Positions 19,692 through 29,302 of a DNA stretch of 64,000 bases are shown here, one piece after another. Below the pieces are notes generated by a model. The model saw only the letters and a program-made list of their open reading frames with translations. It searched no databases and was not told where the DNA came from. The position numbers were made by a program, and so were the translations under genes. Source of the DNA: a virus (lineage: Duplodnaviria > Caudoviricetes); IMG/VR virus record IMGVR_UViG_3300026549_000037, positions 105,638 through 169,637 of that record, one strand, 5' to 3'. Numbering within the stretch: the first letter of the stretch is position 1; each line of letters starts with the position of its first letter.

Positions 19692-20105
19692 ATGAACAAG
19701 CAGACAAACGATTTTATCATTAGCCTTAAGCGTTACACAGAGACCGAAGACCGTTTTGGAGATTACTATCTCAACGCAACAGCAGAATATCTTTCTAATA
19801 TGAGCGGAACTCCTATCGAACATTACAATAAGAGCATTCTTTATAGCTATATTCAGTCTGCCTTTAAAGACTTCATGTCTACGGCGGATTCTCCTCAGCT
19901 TGCCATGTATGATTTCTTCACCTCTTTTAATAATAATGTTAAAAAGTCTTCTGACCCAGACCTTGTTCTTGCTCACGCCTGTTGTGTAGCTATGGATTTA
20001 AGCCAAGTGCGTGAAAAGAAAGATGGTATATGGGTGACAGTAAATGGTTTTCATGTACCTGCTGACCCCAAGGACGATGAAAATTTATACAAGAAAGGAA
20101 ATTAA
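19692..20105 (+). CDS. hypothetical protein
   Basis: AGGAGG RBS. Confidence 0.7.
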   Translation: MNKQTNDFIISLKRYTETEDRFGDYYLNATAEYLSNMSGTPIEHYNKSILYSYIQSAFKDFMSTADSPQLAMYDFFTSFNNNVKKSSDPDLVLAHACCVAMDLSQVREKKDGIWVTVNGFHVPADPKDDENLYKKGN

Positions 20106-20107
20106 TT

Positions 20108-20680
20108 GTGAATTATATTGACGCTACCATCGAAATGAAAATCAAAGAAGATGGCAATCCTAAATTTGAGATTGTTCTTCCTCATATTGTTGAATGGACT
20201 TGTTCTATTGATGCTTCTAATGTAGCCGTTATTCGTAAAGATGGGCAGTATTGGGACACTATTGACGATTTTTGGAAATTTAAAGACATTATGCGTGATA
20301 GTGGCTCACCTTCTCCTTTTAATGCTCCTTATATTCGTGGCGTAAAAAAGCATGATGCTGATTATGTTTTTGATGAAGACAAGAGTGTTAAATGGAATCG
20401 CAATGCTGTAATTGAATACAATAAGGCAGTAGATTCAATTCAGGCTAAGAACAAAAAGTTCCAGAAAAATGCAAATGACATCTTCAATTCTTGTGTCATT
20501 GCTTGTATGAGTTCTGCTTTTAGGTATGAGGGCCTTAAAATTAACATAGATGAAATTGCGTATTTTATTGCTAAGGTTATGGAACGTGATTACGACTTTC
20601 CTTATGAATTGATAGACCAAATTGAAAATTATTGCGATTTGTATGCCGAGCTTCTTAAAAAGAGGGAAAGCCACGCCTGA
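20108..20680 (+). CDS. hypothetical protein (VFDEDKSVKWN motif)
   Basis: RBS, GTG start. Confidence 0.7.
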   Translation: MNYIDATIEMKIKEDGNPKFEIVLPHIVEWTCSIDASNVAVIRKDGQYWDTIDDFWKFKDIMRDSGSPSPFNAPYIRGVKKHDADYVFDEDKSVKWNRNAVIEYNKAVDSIQAKNKKFQKNANDIFNSCVIACMSSAFRYEGLKINIDEIAYFIAKVMERDYDFPYELIDQIENYCDLYAELLKKRESHA

Positions 20681-20759
20681 AATTTGTGTAAAATCTATCG
20701 TTTTTCGATACAAACGAGGAAGAATATGGAGATAAATACGAAAATTAACTAAAAACCTA

Positions 20760-20813
20760 TTGACAACTCCTTTCACCTATGGTATACTAACCATAGTAAA
20801 TGAAAGGAGTTGT
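20760..20813 (+). promoter_or_regulatory. sigma-A promoter inside a long inverted repeat covering the RBS
   Basis: TTGACA-17-TATACT; acaactcctttca..ctatggt / accatag..tgaaaggagttgt. Confidence 0.85.
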
Positions 20814-20927
20814 TTTTAATGGAAATTGTTCAGACTTTGGTTCTTGGAGCAATCGTTTTTTACGCAAGCTCTAATCTTGGACGCGAAGTTGCTGAGTATC
20901 TGAATAAGATTAAGGAGGATAAAAACA

Positions 20928-21380
20928 ATGACTAAGAGAGATAATTACGAAACCCTTTGGAACAATCTGCGTCAAATGTTGCGCGAAGAGAGTAGTAGAG
21001 AAGGTAAGCAGGTTACTCTGTATAGTGTTCTTCTTTACATGGAAGGAGCAGAGGCAGAGCTCAAAAAACGTCTGGCAAAGAAGAACTATGACTCTTATGG
21101 GCTTTCTTATGTAATGGGACAGATTCGTTACGCTTCCTCTATGGACACAGATTCTCCCTACACTTTCAGCGATTGGGCAAGTCTGTATGAAACTGTCCAG
21201 AAAGCCAAGAACGAATTTGAAGCAACTCAGATTAAGTGGTCTGATGAACGTAGTAAGTGGATTTTCCGCAAGACTTCCGCTGAAAAGCGTGGAGATATTC
21301 ATACGGTTGTTTACAATCCGTATCTCACGCCTAAGATGCAACAGATGCTATGTTACATGGCTGATAACGACTTGTTTTAA
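20928..21380 (+). CDS. hypothetical protein
   Basis: AAGGAGG RBS. Confidence 0.7.
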   Translation: MTKRDNYETLWNNLRQMLREESSREGKQVTLYSVLLYMEGAEAELKKRLAKKNYDSYGLSYVMGQIRYASSMDTDSPYTFSDWASLYETVQKAKNEFEATQIKWSDERSKWIFRKTSAEKRGDIHTVVYNPYLTPKMQQMLCYMADNDLF

Positions 21381-21475
21381 AACCGATTGCACAAAAAAGC
21401 AATTACAAAAAAATTGCACAAAAAGAGCAATCAAAAATGAACAAACTGAACTTAATTAAAAGGGAGATTTTATTT

Positions 21476-22048
21476 ATGAGCGAATTTAAGAACTGCTATC
21501 TATATTCTGATGTTAAGTCTCGCATTATTAGCGGTGGAAACCCTAATGTGATTATTGAATTGGATGCGGCTAACAGCATTTATGGCGATGCTGAGTCCTC
21601 TTTTATCATTCGTAAAATTTATGATTTTGGAAGCGCGGGAACTTGGATTGCACACAGCGCCGATAAGAATGATTCTTCTCACTATTGCTTTGACAAGAAG
21701 GCTCAGGAATGGCTTACTGCAAATGAGGATTGGTGGACTGGAAAATGTGGACGAGAAACAGAAAAGAAATCCCCTTTTGATTCTCGTAAGACAGCACACG
21801 CCAATTATTCTATCGACCACGTTATCGAATGTCTGAAAAAGTTTCCGTTTTCTACAGTCGAAAGAATCTTGTGTCTTTATCGACTTAGAGATAATGGATA
21901 TTCTCTTGTTTGTTGGAGCACAGTTAGCGGTTGGGTAGCTATTAACTATGATGTTGAAGACGGCAATCATGCTGATATTAAAGCTTTTTGCGACTGTGAC
22001 GCTTCCGTTCTTGAAGAGTGCTATAACAGGGGTTATTTCGATGAATAA
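21476..22048 (+). CDS. hypothetical protein
   Basis: GGGAG RBS. Confidence 0.7.
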   Translation: MSEFKNCYLYSDVKSRIISGGNPNVIIELDAANSIYGDAESSFIIRKIYDFGSAGTWIAHSADKNDSSHYCFDKKAQEWLTANEDWWTGKCGRETEKKSPFDSRKTAHANYSIDHVIECLKKFPFSTVERILCLYRLRDNGYSLVCWSTVSGWVAINYDVEDGNHADIKAFCDCDASVLEECYNRGYFDE

Positions 22049-22340
22049 GAAGCATACTGAATGTGGGATTCCCCATGCTAAAGAACTCATCAAAAAGAAA
22101 GCAAATCTAATTCCAGACAATCTTAAAAGAAAAATGGAATCGTTTGTCTTTTGGCTTGATGTGTGGTATAAAAACGATTCAATCGAATACTTTAGTCATG
22201 ATGAAAAGGGCTACATTCTTCATGGCTTAAGCAGACCAATTCGAGGGCGTAAAATGGGATGTGACAGAGAAATGCCAGAAGATTGCCATGAAGCTGCGGA
22301 TTGGGTTTTAGATAATTTTGAGTATTATATTTCAGATTAA
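22041..22340 (+). CDS. hypothetical protein
   Basis: operonic overlap. Confidence 0.6.
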   Translation: MNKKHTECGIPHAKELIKKKANLIPDNLKRKMESFVFWLDVWYKNDSIEYFSHDEKGYILHGLSRPIRGRKMGCDREMPEDCHEAADWVLDNFEYYISD

Positions 22341-22361
22341 ATGTAAATGAGGTAAAAATAA

Positions 22362-22781
22362 ATGTATCAGATTCGACAAGGAGTATTCGAGACCAATTCT
22401 TCCAGTACACATTCCCTTTGCATTTGTACTAAGAAAGAATATGAAGATTTTAAGGATGGCAAGCTTTCATTTAATCATTATAGAGATAGGCTTGAAGACT
22501 GTAATATTCCATCCAACTATATGAATAGAGCAAAGGAATACTACGAAAAAAACAAGACTCGTTTTATGCTCGATTGGGACAATCTTTCGCCCGAAGACCA
22601 AAAAAATTACATGATAAATGAGTTTGATGGAAGTTACGAGGGAGATGGAATTTTTAAAGATAACTATACTTTTGAGCAATTTAAAAATGGCTTCGACGGT
22701 TTGGAGAGCTATGCTCGCTTTTTCGCTTCCCCTTCTGGCGACGAAATGGTAGCTTTTGGAGTATACGGCTATGATGGTTAA
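22362..22781 (+). CDS. FETNSSS-motif phage protein (paralog 3)
   Basis: MYQIRQGVFETNSSSTHSL...SPSGDEMVAFGVYGYDG. Confidence 0.8.
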   Translation: MYQIRQGVFETNSSSTHSLCICTKKEYEDFKDGKLSFNHYRDRLEDCNIPSNYMNRAKEYYEKNKTRFMLDWDNLSPEDQKNYMINEFDGSYEGDGIFKDNYTFEQFKNGFDGLESYARFFASPSGDEMVAFGVYGYDG

Positions 22782-22803
22782 AATTAAGTTGAGGTAATTT
22801 AAA

Positions 22804-23124
22804 ATGAAAGATGTAATTTATTCTATCCCCATTGATGATTTCATTGACCGTGTAAATGCGGCAAGTGACGAATATCTTCTTAATAGCAATCTCTGGACTG
22901 ATAGTAAGTATATCCTTGTAAACGCTTGTCTCAACCTTGAAGACGCTCGTAATATGGGTATGGACACGGTTATTTGCGCTATTATAGGTGGCATAAGCAA
23001 GTGGTATGCTATGAAGAAGGGTGCAAATGGGCAGCGTGGAGAAGATACTAAGCTATTTTTTTCTCCTGCTATGTATATTCCTTTCTTTACACTGGTAAAG
23101 ACTGAGGATGAATTTAAGCCTTAA
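22804..23124 (+). CDS. hypothetical protein
   Basis: GAGG RBS. Confidence 0.65.
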   Translation: MKDVIYSIPIDDFIDRVNAASDEYLLNSNLWTDSKYILVNACLNLEDARNMGMDTVICAIIGGISKWYAMKKGANGQRGEDTKLFFSPAMYIPFFTLVKTEDEFKP

Positions 23125-23150
23125 TTGCACAATAAAATTTTAAAAGTCTC

Positions 23151-23179
23151 TTGACAATCCTCTTATAATCCGCTATACT
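23151..23179 (+). promoter_or_regulatory. sigma-A promoter
   Basis: TTGACA-17-TATACT. Confidence 0.8.
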
Positions 23180-23212
23180 ATTTTATAGTAAGAGAAAGGA
23201 GAGATTTATAAT

Positions 23213-23434
23213 ATGTTTAAAATTATCTCAAATAAAGCAATAACTTATAGTTGCGTTTGTCCTGTGTGTAGTAGTTATTTCCTTTTTACTAAAGGTGAGC
23301 TTCAATATCAGGACTGTTTTTCAGACCTTGCTTATTTTGATTGTCCGTGTTGTGGGGCTCTCCTTACTAATGATAAGGCAATGCTCCTTGACAATCGTGA
23401 CGCAGTACATTATTTTGACGAGGTTGTGTTTTAA
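23213..23434 (+). CDS. small Zn-ribbon protein
   Basis: CPVC...CPCCG. Confidence 0.65.
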   Translation: MFKIISNKAITYSCVCPVCSSYFLFTKGELQYQDCFSDLAYFDCPCCGALLTNDKAMLLDNRDAVHYFDEVVF

Positions 23435-23551
23435 ATAAAATATCCTTTTTATGCATTTTTTTACTTCTGAAAAATGTTTCCAGAGAAAAATTATTCGCAT
23501 AAATATACACTAAATAGCATATAAAATGAATTAATATACGAGGTTACTTTT

Positions 23552-23800
23552 ATGAATCCTAATGTTTGCGCTGATACAACTACTTTTGGTCAGTATATGA
23601 AGAACAATCTGCATCTTTTCTGCATTGGCGATTGCTATGTCAATCTCTTTCCTCACTTTCCCAAGAACGATGGCAAAGCGTTTGACGACCCTGCGCGAAT
23701 GTCAATCAAAAACGCTCTCCAAGTCTTTGGAGATAAAAACCTTATTCAAATTAAAATCTATGATGGCCGCTTTTATTTTCAGCTCGAAATGAAAGATTGA
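23552..23800 (+). CDS. hypothetical protein
   Basis: GAGG RBS. Confidence 0.6.
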   Translation: MNPNVCADTTTFGQYMKNNLHLFCIGDCYVNLFPHFPKNDGKAFDDPARMSIKNALQVFGDKNLIQIKIYDGRFYFQLEMKD

Positions 23801-23818
23801 CAAAGGAGAATTATTAAA

Positions 23819-24118
23819 ATGCTTTATACCTATAATTTAACACTTGCTGATACGATTCCTTATATGAACAGTTCTGATTACAAAGAACGTTTTATTGGAG
23901 AATATTGGCAGACAAGAATCCGTTATGATAAGCTTCATGATATGACCGTAAGATACGAAGCAGGAAAGCTGAATTTTACTCCTACTTGTTCTTTAGATTT
24001 GCTTAAAGAACAGAAGAAGTATATGGGACTGTATCTCAACAAGCTTGAAATTCGTGCATTTCTTGAAGATATTAACCTTGCAAAGCCACTTATGATTAAT
24101 AACAATATGGAGGGCTAA
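23819..24118 (+). CDS. crAss001_48-related protein
   Basis: MNSSDYKERF.GEY.Q..IRY.KL...LL..Q...M..YL..LE.RA. Confidence 0.7.
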   Translation: MLYTYNLTLADTIPYMNSSDYKERFIGEYWQTRIRYDKLHDMTVRYEAGKLNFTPTCSLDLLKEQKKYMGLYLNKLEIRAFLEDINLAKPLMINNNMEG

Positions 24119-24121
24119 CAA

Positions 24122-24313
24122 ATGCTTACTATAAGCAAGATTTATCGCATTGTCGATGATAAGAACGACACTCGTATTACAATTGAAAAAGATGGCGACA
24201 CCTATCGCTGGAAAGTAAAAAACGCTGACGGAGATGAGCTTGGGTTCGTTCTTACTGACCTCAATATGTCTGATATTTTTAAGGCTATTAAGGATATGAC
24301 TAATTTTGTCTGA
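24122..24313 (+). CDS. hypothetical protein
   Basis: GGAGG RBS. Confidence 0.6.
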   Translation: MLTISKIYRIVDDKNDTRITIEKDGDTYRWKVKNADGDELGFVLTDLNMSDIFKAIKDMTNFV

Positions 24314-24333
24314 GAAAAAAGGAGGATAAAACG

Positions 24334-24606
24334 ATGCAGTTTCCTTGCGAATGTTTTGTAATTGCGTTTGAAAACAAATTCACAAATCAAAATATTACCA
24401 CATATTTTGTTGGTGTCGATTACGGATTAGTGAATGGATTTGCCGATTTTAAAAACGCAGAAACATTTTCAACTGAAATAGAAGCTAAACAATTTTTTGA
24501 AAAAAACAAAAATTATATTATGCGTAAAACTCCGTTCTTTGAAACTTATAATCCTCGTATTGTTCGTGTAACTTTTACAGAGGATTGTAAAACTAAACTT
24601 GAATAA
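24334..24606 (+). CDS. hypothetical protein
   Basis: AGGAGG RBS. Confidence 0.65.
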   Translation: MQFPCECFVIAFENKFTNQNITTYFVGVDYGLVNGFADFKNAETFSTEIEAKQFFEKNKNYIMRKTPFFETYNPRIVRVTFTEDCKTKLE

Positions 24607-24724
24607 ATTTAAATGAAAAGGATATAAAAAATATGAACAAAACACTTTTGTGGGTATTCTTTTGATACAACCAACACTAATTTATTTCTTTTGCAAAACT
24701 CTCTTTAAAAATTATATAAATCTC

Positions 24725-24779
24725 TTGACAACCTCTTTAGATTGTGGTATTATAGTGATACTGAATCTAAGGAGGTTGT
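24725..24779 (+). promoter_or_regulatory. sigma-A promoter with inverted repeat covering the RBS
   Basis: TTGACA-17-TATTAT; acaacctctttagatt / aatctaaggaggttgt. Confidence 0.85.
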
Positions 24780-24959
24780 TTTTATGAAGATGGAGCTTGG
24801 TGCAAAGATTGATTATTTTGGCAATATTTATGAGTACATTGGAAACGAAAACGATTTTGACAGTAGGATGATTTTCCAATCTGTTAACGATGATTCTTAT
24901 ATTATCTTGACAGAAAAAGATTTCATTGAAGATGATATTCAGATTCTTTAAGGAGTGTA

Positions 24960-25496
24960 TTGGAAATGAGTAAAATTAGATTCCCTTGTGGTAATTGTAG
25001 CTATCTCTCTTGTAATGAAGCCCAGCAGCAAGAAGCAAAAAATGAAGGAATTGACATGAACCATTACTGTAAGAAATATAATAAACGTTTATTTTATTAT
25101 ACCTATTCCATCTATTACTCTCCCGAAATTTACGCTTGTGAAGAGTGTAATAACCAAACTTATAATACTTATAATAAGCTGGATAAATATATTCGAGAAA
25201 AGTTTCGTCGTAGTATGGAAGATGACTCTGCCTTTAAGATTAACTACCCTTCCGCAGAAAAATTTCTTGAAATTGTCAAGATGATGAAAAAGGAATCTAA
25301 CCTTATTGGAAAGAGGTCTATGACTTTCTACGAGAGTGACTTCTATCGTGAGAGACTTGAAGCAGTTTCTAATCGAATTAAGTTAGACATTGAAGAAGCT
25401 ATTGAAAATGACAAATCTCTTAAACCTATCCCCAACAAAGCGGCTAAAACAAAAGACTCTATTTACGAAACATTCATTTATGATGGAGGGAACTAA
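24960..25496 (+). CDS. hypothetical protein with N-terminal Cys cluster
   Basis: AGGAG RBS. Confidence 0.65.
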   Translation: MEMSKIRFPCGNCSYLSCNEAQQQEAKNEGIDMNHYCKKYNKRLFYYTYSIYYSPEIYACEECNNQTYNTYNKLDKYIREKFRRSMEDDSAFKINYPSAEKFLEIVKMMKKESNLIGKRSMTFYESDFYRERLEAVSNRIKLDIEEAIENDKSLKPIPNKAAKTKDSIYETFIYDGGN

Positions 25497-25534
25497 TGGA
25501 GAAGCATAAATTTTAAAAAGGAGAATGAATATTT

Positions 25535-26011
25535 ATGTCAAAACTGGGTAACGTATATGAACTGGATTTTAATACAAGGATGAAGAATAAATATCCAGTC
25601 GTGTATATCAATGACGAATACATTGTCTGCAAGTGTAATGGTACTAATATCCCTAAAATTTTTAAGCGTAATGATGGAAGTATTTATACCTACGGAGAAG
25701 TGCTTGATTGCGCTATTTTCAAGGCCATGGACAATCCTCTTGAATATAGAAAATTTTATATCATTTATGTGCCTCAGAGGACGAATGAAACTTTTTCTGA
25801 ATTTTTCGTGCAATCAGAAGCAGAAAAGGAACTTGAAAAGGCTCAAAAATTGCTTAACATTGCTACTTGGAATTTAAATAGGTTTATAAAAGAGCTTGAC
25901 GAAATTCAAAATAAAATTACTCAAGCTCAGAAAAATGTTGTTGATAGACAGATGATGGTGGATAAGTATAAAAAGATTGTTGCAGAAAAGGTATTAAACA
26001 AAAATGAGTAA
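25535..26011 (+). CDS. hypothetical protein with C-terminal coiled coil
   Basis: RBS. Confidence 0.7.
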   Translation: MSKLGNVYELDFNTRMKNKYPVVYINDEYIVCKCNGTNIPKIFKRNDGSIYTYGEVLDCAIFKAMDNPLEYRKFYIIYVPQRTNETFSEFFVQSEAEKELEKAQKLLNIATWNLNRFIKELDEIQNKITQAQKNVVDRQMMVDKYKKIVAEKVLNKNE

Positions 26012-26432
26012 CCAACATAAGATATTCGCCAATATATTCGTCTATCGTATCCCCGACGCAGTTGTATATTTTAATGGCAAAATTAAAACTTATAAAGAAT
26101 TACTTGCATCAGAAAAGTATTTTTCTGTTGATTGGCAGAAAAAGATTTATGAACTACAATATCTAATAGACGAACTTGTATCGCTCTATGGAAATCCCCC
26201 TTCTAATAATCTACGTTTCGATTCTTTAGTTTGGTGCTCAGATAAAGCTTTGATAACTAAAGATAGTACTATAGACGAAATTACGGATTCTTTAGCTAAC
26301 GGAATTTGGTACTGTGTCCCTGAAAGCGGTTTTGATGGACGATATTTTCTTAGTGAAGAAAGTCAAGATACTTTGAATAATTTGCGCGAATTTGGAGAAT
26401 TAGAGGAGATTGTAAATGCAGACAATGAATAA
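26004..26432 (+). CDS. hypothetical protein
   Basis: operonic overlap. Confidence 0.65.
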   Translation: MSNQHKIFANIFVYRIPDAVVYFNGKIKTYKELLASEKYFSVDWQKKIYELQYLIDELVSLYGNPPSNNLRFDSLVWCSDKALITKDSTIDEITDSLANGIWYCVPESGFDGRYFLSEESQDTLNNLREFGELEEIVNADNE

Positions 26433-26796
26433 AAACACTCTTTTCAAAGACGGAGATAATCTCGATTTGTATTTTTCTACTGCAAGTGAATACATAGTAG
26501 ATATTAAAGATTTAATTGACTATGTGGAAGGACGTAAGTTTGAGACTATCAAAGAGGTTGGTCATGCCTTTGAGGATGGAACTTTTGTAGGCTGGGAATA
26601 TGCGCGAGACATTGATGTATTTAAGCGTTTGCGTAATATTGGTTGTCGCAGCATTGGGGTGAGCAACCCCACTAAGCCAGCCCTCTCTGAGCTTGTAGGT
26701 TTGATTAACAATGAAGAGTTTTATGGAGTAGTTACTCTTAAAACTCTTTGTGCAGAAAAAGAATATATGGATTATGTGCTCAAATGCGGTTATTAA
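26416..26796 (+). CDS. hypothetical protein
   Basis: GAGGAG RBS. Confidence 0.65.
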   Translation: MQTMNKNTLFKDGDNLDLYFSTASEYIVDIKDLIDYVEGRKFETIKEVGHAFEDGTFVGWEYARDIDVFKRLRNIGCRSIGVSNPTKPALSELVGLINNEEFYGVVTLKTLCAEKEYMDYVLKCGY

Positions 26797-26816
26797 AAAA
26801 TAATTTTATAAACCTA

Positions 26817-26870
26817 TTGACAACTTCTTTTCAATTTGGTACAATAACAGTATCAAAGAAAAGGAGTTGT
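26817..26870 (+). promoter_or_regulatory. sigma-A promoter with inverted repeat covering the RBS
   Basis: TTGACA-17-TACAAT; acaacttcttttc / gaaaaggagttgt. Confidence 0.8.
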
Positions 26871-26874
26871 TTTT

Positions 26875-27192
26875 ATGTCAGCTAAAAAGATTTCTGAAAG
26901 ATATATTTTTGTTGTTAATGCAACTGACGACAATGGTCATACACAGGACTATTATTTTGAGCCTTGTTGGGACGGTGGGGCTTCTATGTGGTCTAAGTCT
27001 TACAAAGATGCCGACAAAGTTAAAGGGTTTAATTCTTTCGAAGAAGCTGTTGAATGGTGGGATACTCATAAAGACGATTACGAAATTCTTTTTGACAGGT
27101 TTACCACCAATAAAAATTCTCTCATTAAGATTGAAACAGTCCATAAAGAGACTGATATGAGCAAACTTTTCAACAAGCTCTGTACCACTTAA
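26875..27192 (+). CDS. hypothetical protein (paralog of 27568)
   Basis: Y.FEPC....M.S...VKGF....EA..W. Confidence 0.7.
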   Translation: MSAKKISERYIFVVNATDDNGHTQDYYFEPCWDGGASMWSKSYKDADKVKGFNSFEEAVEWWDTHKDDYEILFDRFTTNKNSLIKIETVHKETDMSKLFNKLCTT

Positions 27193-27317
27193 AATTTTTA
27201 AGTGAAACAATCATCTCACTTAAAAAAATTAAGTTAGACCCACCCCAAACTTAAAAAAATTAAGAAAAATGGTAAATAAAATGGAAGTTTTATTTGCTCG
27301 TCCTAAAGGAGATAGCT

Positions 27318-27527
27318 ATGAATATTTTTTTCTGCAAATTTCTTGAAAAACTTGTCAATATTTTTATCGCTGTTGTTATCGGACTTGTTCTTTGTGGTCT
27401 GATTGTAGGGGTAGTTGCTCTTTTTGAGTGGAATCTTCCTTTTAGTCCTTACTCTAACATTGTTATCTTTGTTGTTCTCGTGGCACTTGTTTGGACTATC
27501 TTTGATACATTGCATCAGAAATTCTAA
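27318..27527 (+). CDS. small 2-TM membrane protein
   Basis: AGGAG RBS; hydrophobic. Confidence 0.65.
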   Translation: MNIFFCKFLEKLVNIFIAVVIGLVLCGLIVGVVALFEWNLPFSPYSNIVIFVVLVALVWTIFDTLHQKF

Positions 27528-27567
27528 GGATGATAGGATTCTTACTGTTGTGAGATAAAGGAGAATC

Positions 27568-27858
27568 ATGATTAGTAAATATATAATCTATGCTTACACA
27601 ACCAAGGGTAAATATACCTTTGAGCCTTGTGGTTATAATGAAGCTCAAATGTTTTCAGTTGATATTCGTCCTATTAACAATGTTAAAGGTTTTGAAACAG
27701 AAACCGAAGCTATGTTTTGGTTTTCTAAAAATAAAGAAAACTTTAAGGTTTTGTTTAAGAATCTTAAAGTCGAAAGGGTTCTTGTGAAAGCTGTTTACGA
27801 AAGCGCTTTTGAAAAAAGGCATTTCAAGCCTTTAGACTTGAGCTTCATCGTTGATTAA
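27568..27858 (+). CDS. hypothetical protein (paralog of 26875)
   Basis: YTFEPC...VKGFETETEAMFW. Confidence 0.7.
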   Translation: MISKYIIYAYTTKGKYTFEPCGYNEAQMFSVDIRPINNVKGFETETEAMFWFSKNKENFKVLFKNLKVERVLVKAVYESAFEKRHFKPLDLSFIVD

Positions 27859-28063
27859 ATTTACACTAATGGCTGCTGACTACAACTCTGAATTCTTGGA
27901 GTTGTTTAATGACTGAACATACTGCTCACTGGGAATCTTTGAACTTTAATAGTAAAACTCATCCTATGGGTATGACCGATGCTTTTTCTATGCCAGCAGA
28001 AGAATTTGACGAAATGATGAACAATATTCAATCTATTTAAATTGAAAAAAATGGAGTGATTAT

Positions 28064-28606
28064 ATGATTTGGTATGTTATCGGAAGTGTTCCTCTCATTC
28101 TTTTTATTATATATATCGTGAGAGTTTGTAAAGAAGAAACACCATTGGGCGCTGGTTGGATAACTCTCGGTATTGCTTCCTTAATCATTTTAGGAATTTT
28201 TATTAAATATGTTGGAAGTTTTCTTACTGGTGGCGTCCTTTACCACTTTAAGGGGAACACAGAAGAATATTCTACATCTTGGAATATTACCGCCATGCAG
28301 GACAACCTTAATACCCATGGTAAATTTTATTTCCGCAGTGGATACATTAAAACTGAGTTATATTATTATTATGTTTATTCAACTAAGAATGGTTTAAAGA
28401 GCGGTTATATTCCAGCTAACAAAACTTATTTAAATTATACAACAGACAAACCCCATATTGAACGTTATACTCGTAGATGGAATAAATCTTGGATTAAATG
28501 GTTCACTTGTGTTGACGCTCAAGAATATGCTGGAAATGATGTATATTACAAAGCATATGTTCCCGAAGGTTCTGTTGAACAAAATTTTAATATAAATTTA
28601 CAGTGA
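28064..28606 (+). CDS. membrane protein
   Basis: two N-terminal TM segments. Confidence 0.7.
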   Translation: MIWYVIGSVPLILFIIYIVRVCKEETPLGAGWITLGIASLIILGIFIKYVGSFLTGGVLYHFKGNTEEYSTSWNITAMQDNLNTHGKFYFRSGYIKTELYYYYVYSTKNGLKSGYIPANKTYLNYTTDKPHIERYTRRWNKSWIKWFTCVDAQEYAGNDVYYKAYVPEGSVEQNFNINLQ

Positions 28607-28613
28607 GGTTATA

Positions 28614-28859
28614 ATGGAAAAGATTAATTACAAAGATGCTTGTAGGATTATGGAACAGGGAGAATTTTGCGAAGTTATGCAATTGTTAAAGGATATGGGC
28701 ATTAACCCAAAGACATCTGACGGTAATTTTAAAAAGTTTTCTGTTGTACTGGATGAAGTTTCTAAGTATTTTAATACAAATGGTAGTCAGTATTCAAACA
28801 ATGTTAAGGAGAATATGAGAGATATTTTCCCATATTCCGCTGTAAAAAGCGCAAAATAA
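28614..28859 (+). CDS. hypothetical protein
   Basis: GAGG RBS. Confidence 0.6.
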   Translation: MEKINYKDACRIMEQGEFCEVMQLLKDMGINPKTSDGNFKKFSVVLDEVSKYFNTNGSQYSNNVKENMRDIFPYSAVKSAK

Positions 28860-28871
28860 TTTAATAAACCA

Positions 28872-28922
28872 TTGACAAATAGCCTCCTGTCTGTTATACT
28901 GTGTATATCAAAGACAGGAGGT
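28872..28922 (+). promoter_or_regulatory. sigma-A promoter with inverted repeat covering the RBS
   Basis: TTGACA-17-TATACT; gcctcctgtct / agacaggaggt. Confidence 0.85.
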
Positions 28923-28929
28923 TTTTATT

Positions 28930-29279
28930 GTGAAGCTTACTCGTGAGGTTGATATTTTCCAATGCCCCCTTCTATCAAATATTGCTTTATTTCATTCGAT
29001 ATGTTAGAACCAAATACGGTTAAAATCACTGACTATGTGCGTGTTTGGCATGGAGAGATTGAGCTTGATGGAGTTCCAGAAGGAGTTGAAGAAATCAAGA
29101 TTCAGAAGGCTGTTTGTGACAAGTGCTTCAGTCATTTCCAAGATGGTCAGGACGAAACCTTTTTTGGAAGAAGTATTTCAGTTTCTGATATTATTCGTGT
29201 TAAAAAGGATAACACTTTTAGTTATTACTATTGCGATTCTTTTGGCTGGAAGTTGATTAAATGGTTGAAAGCTGATTAA
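28930..29279 (+). CDS. YodL-like domain protein with apparent frameshift near 28961
   Basis: GRSISVSDII...YYCDSFGW; the RBS-linked GTG28930 is out of frame with ATG28962. Confidence 0.6.
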
Positions 29280-29302
29280 AACTTAGCGTATAGGAGGATA
29301 AT

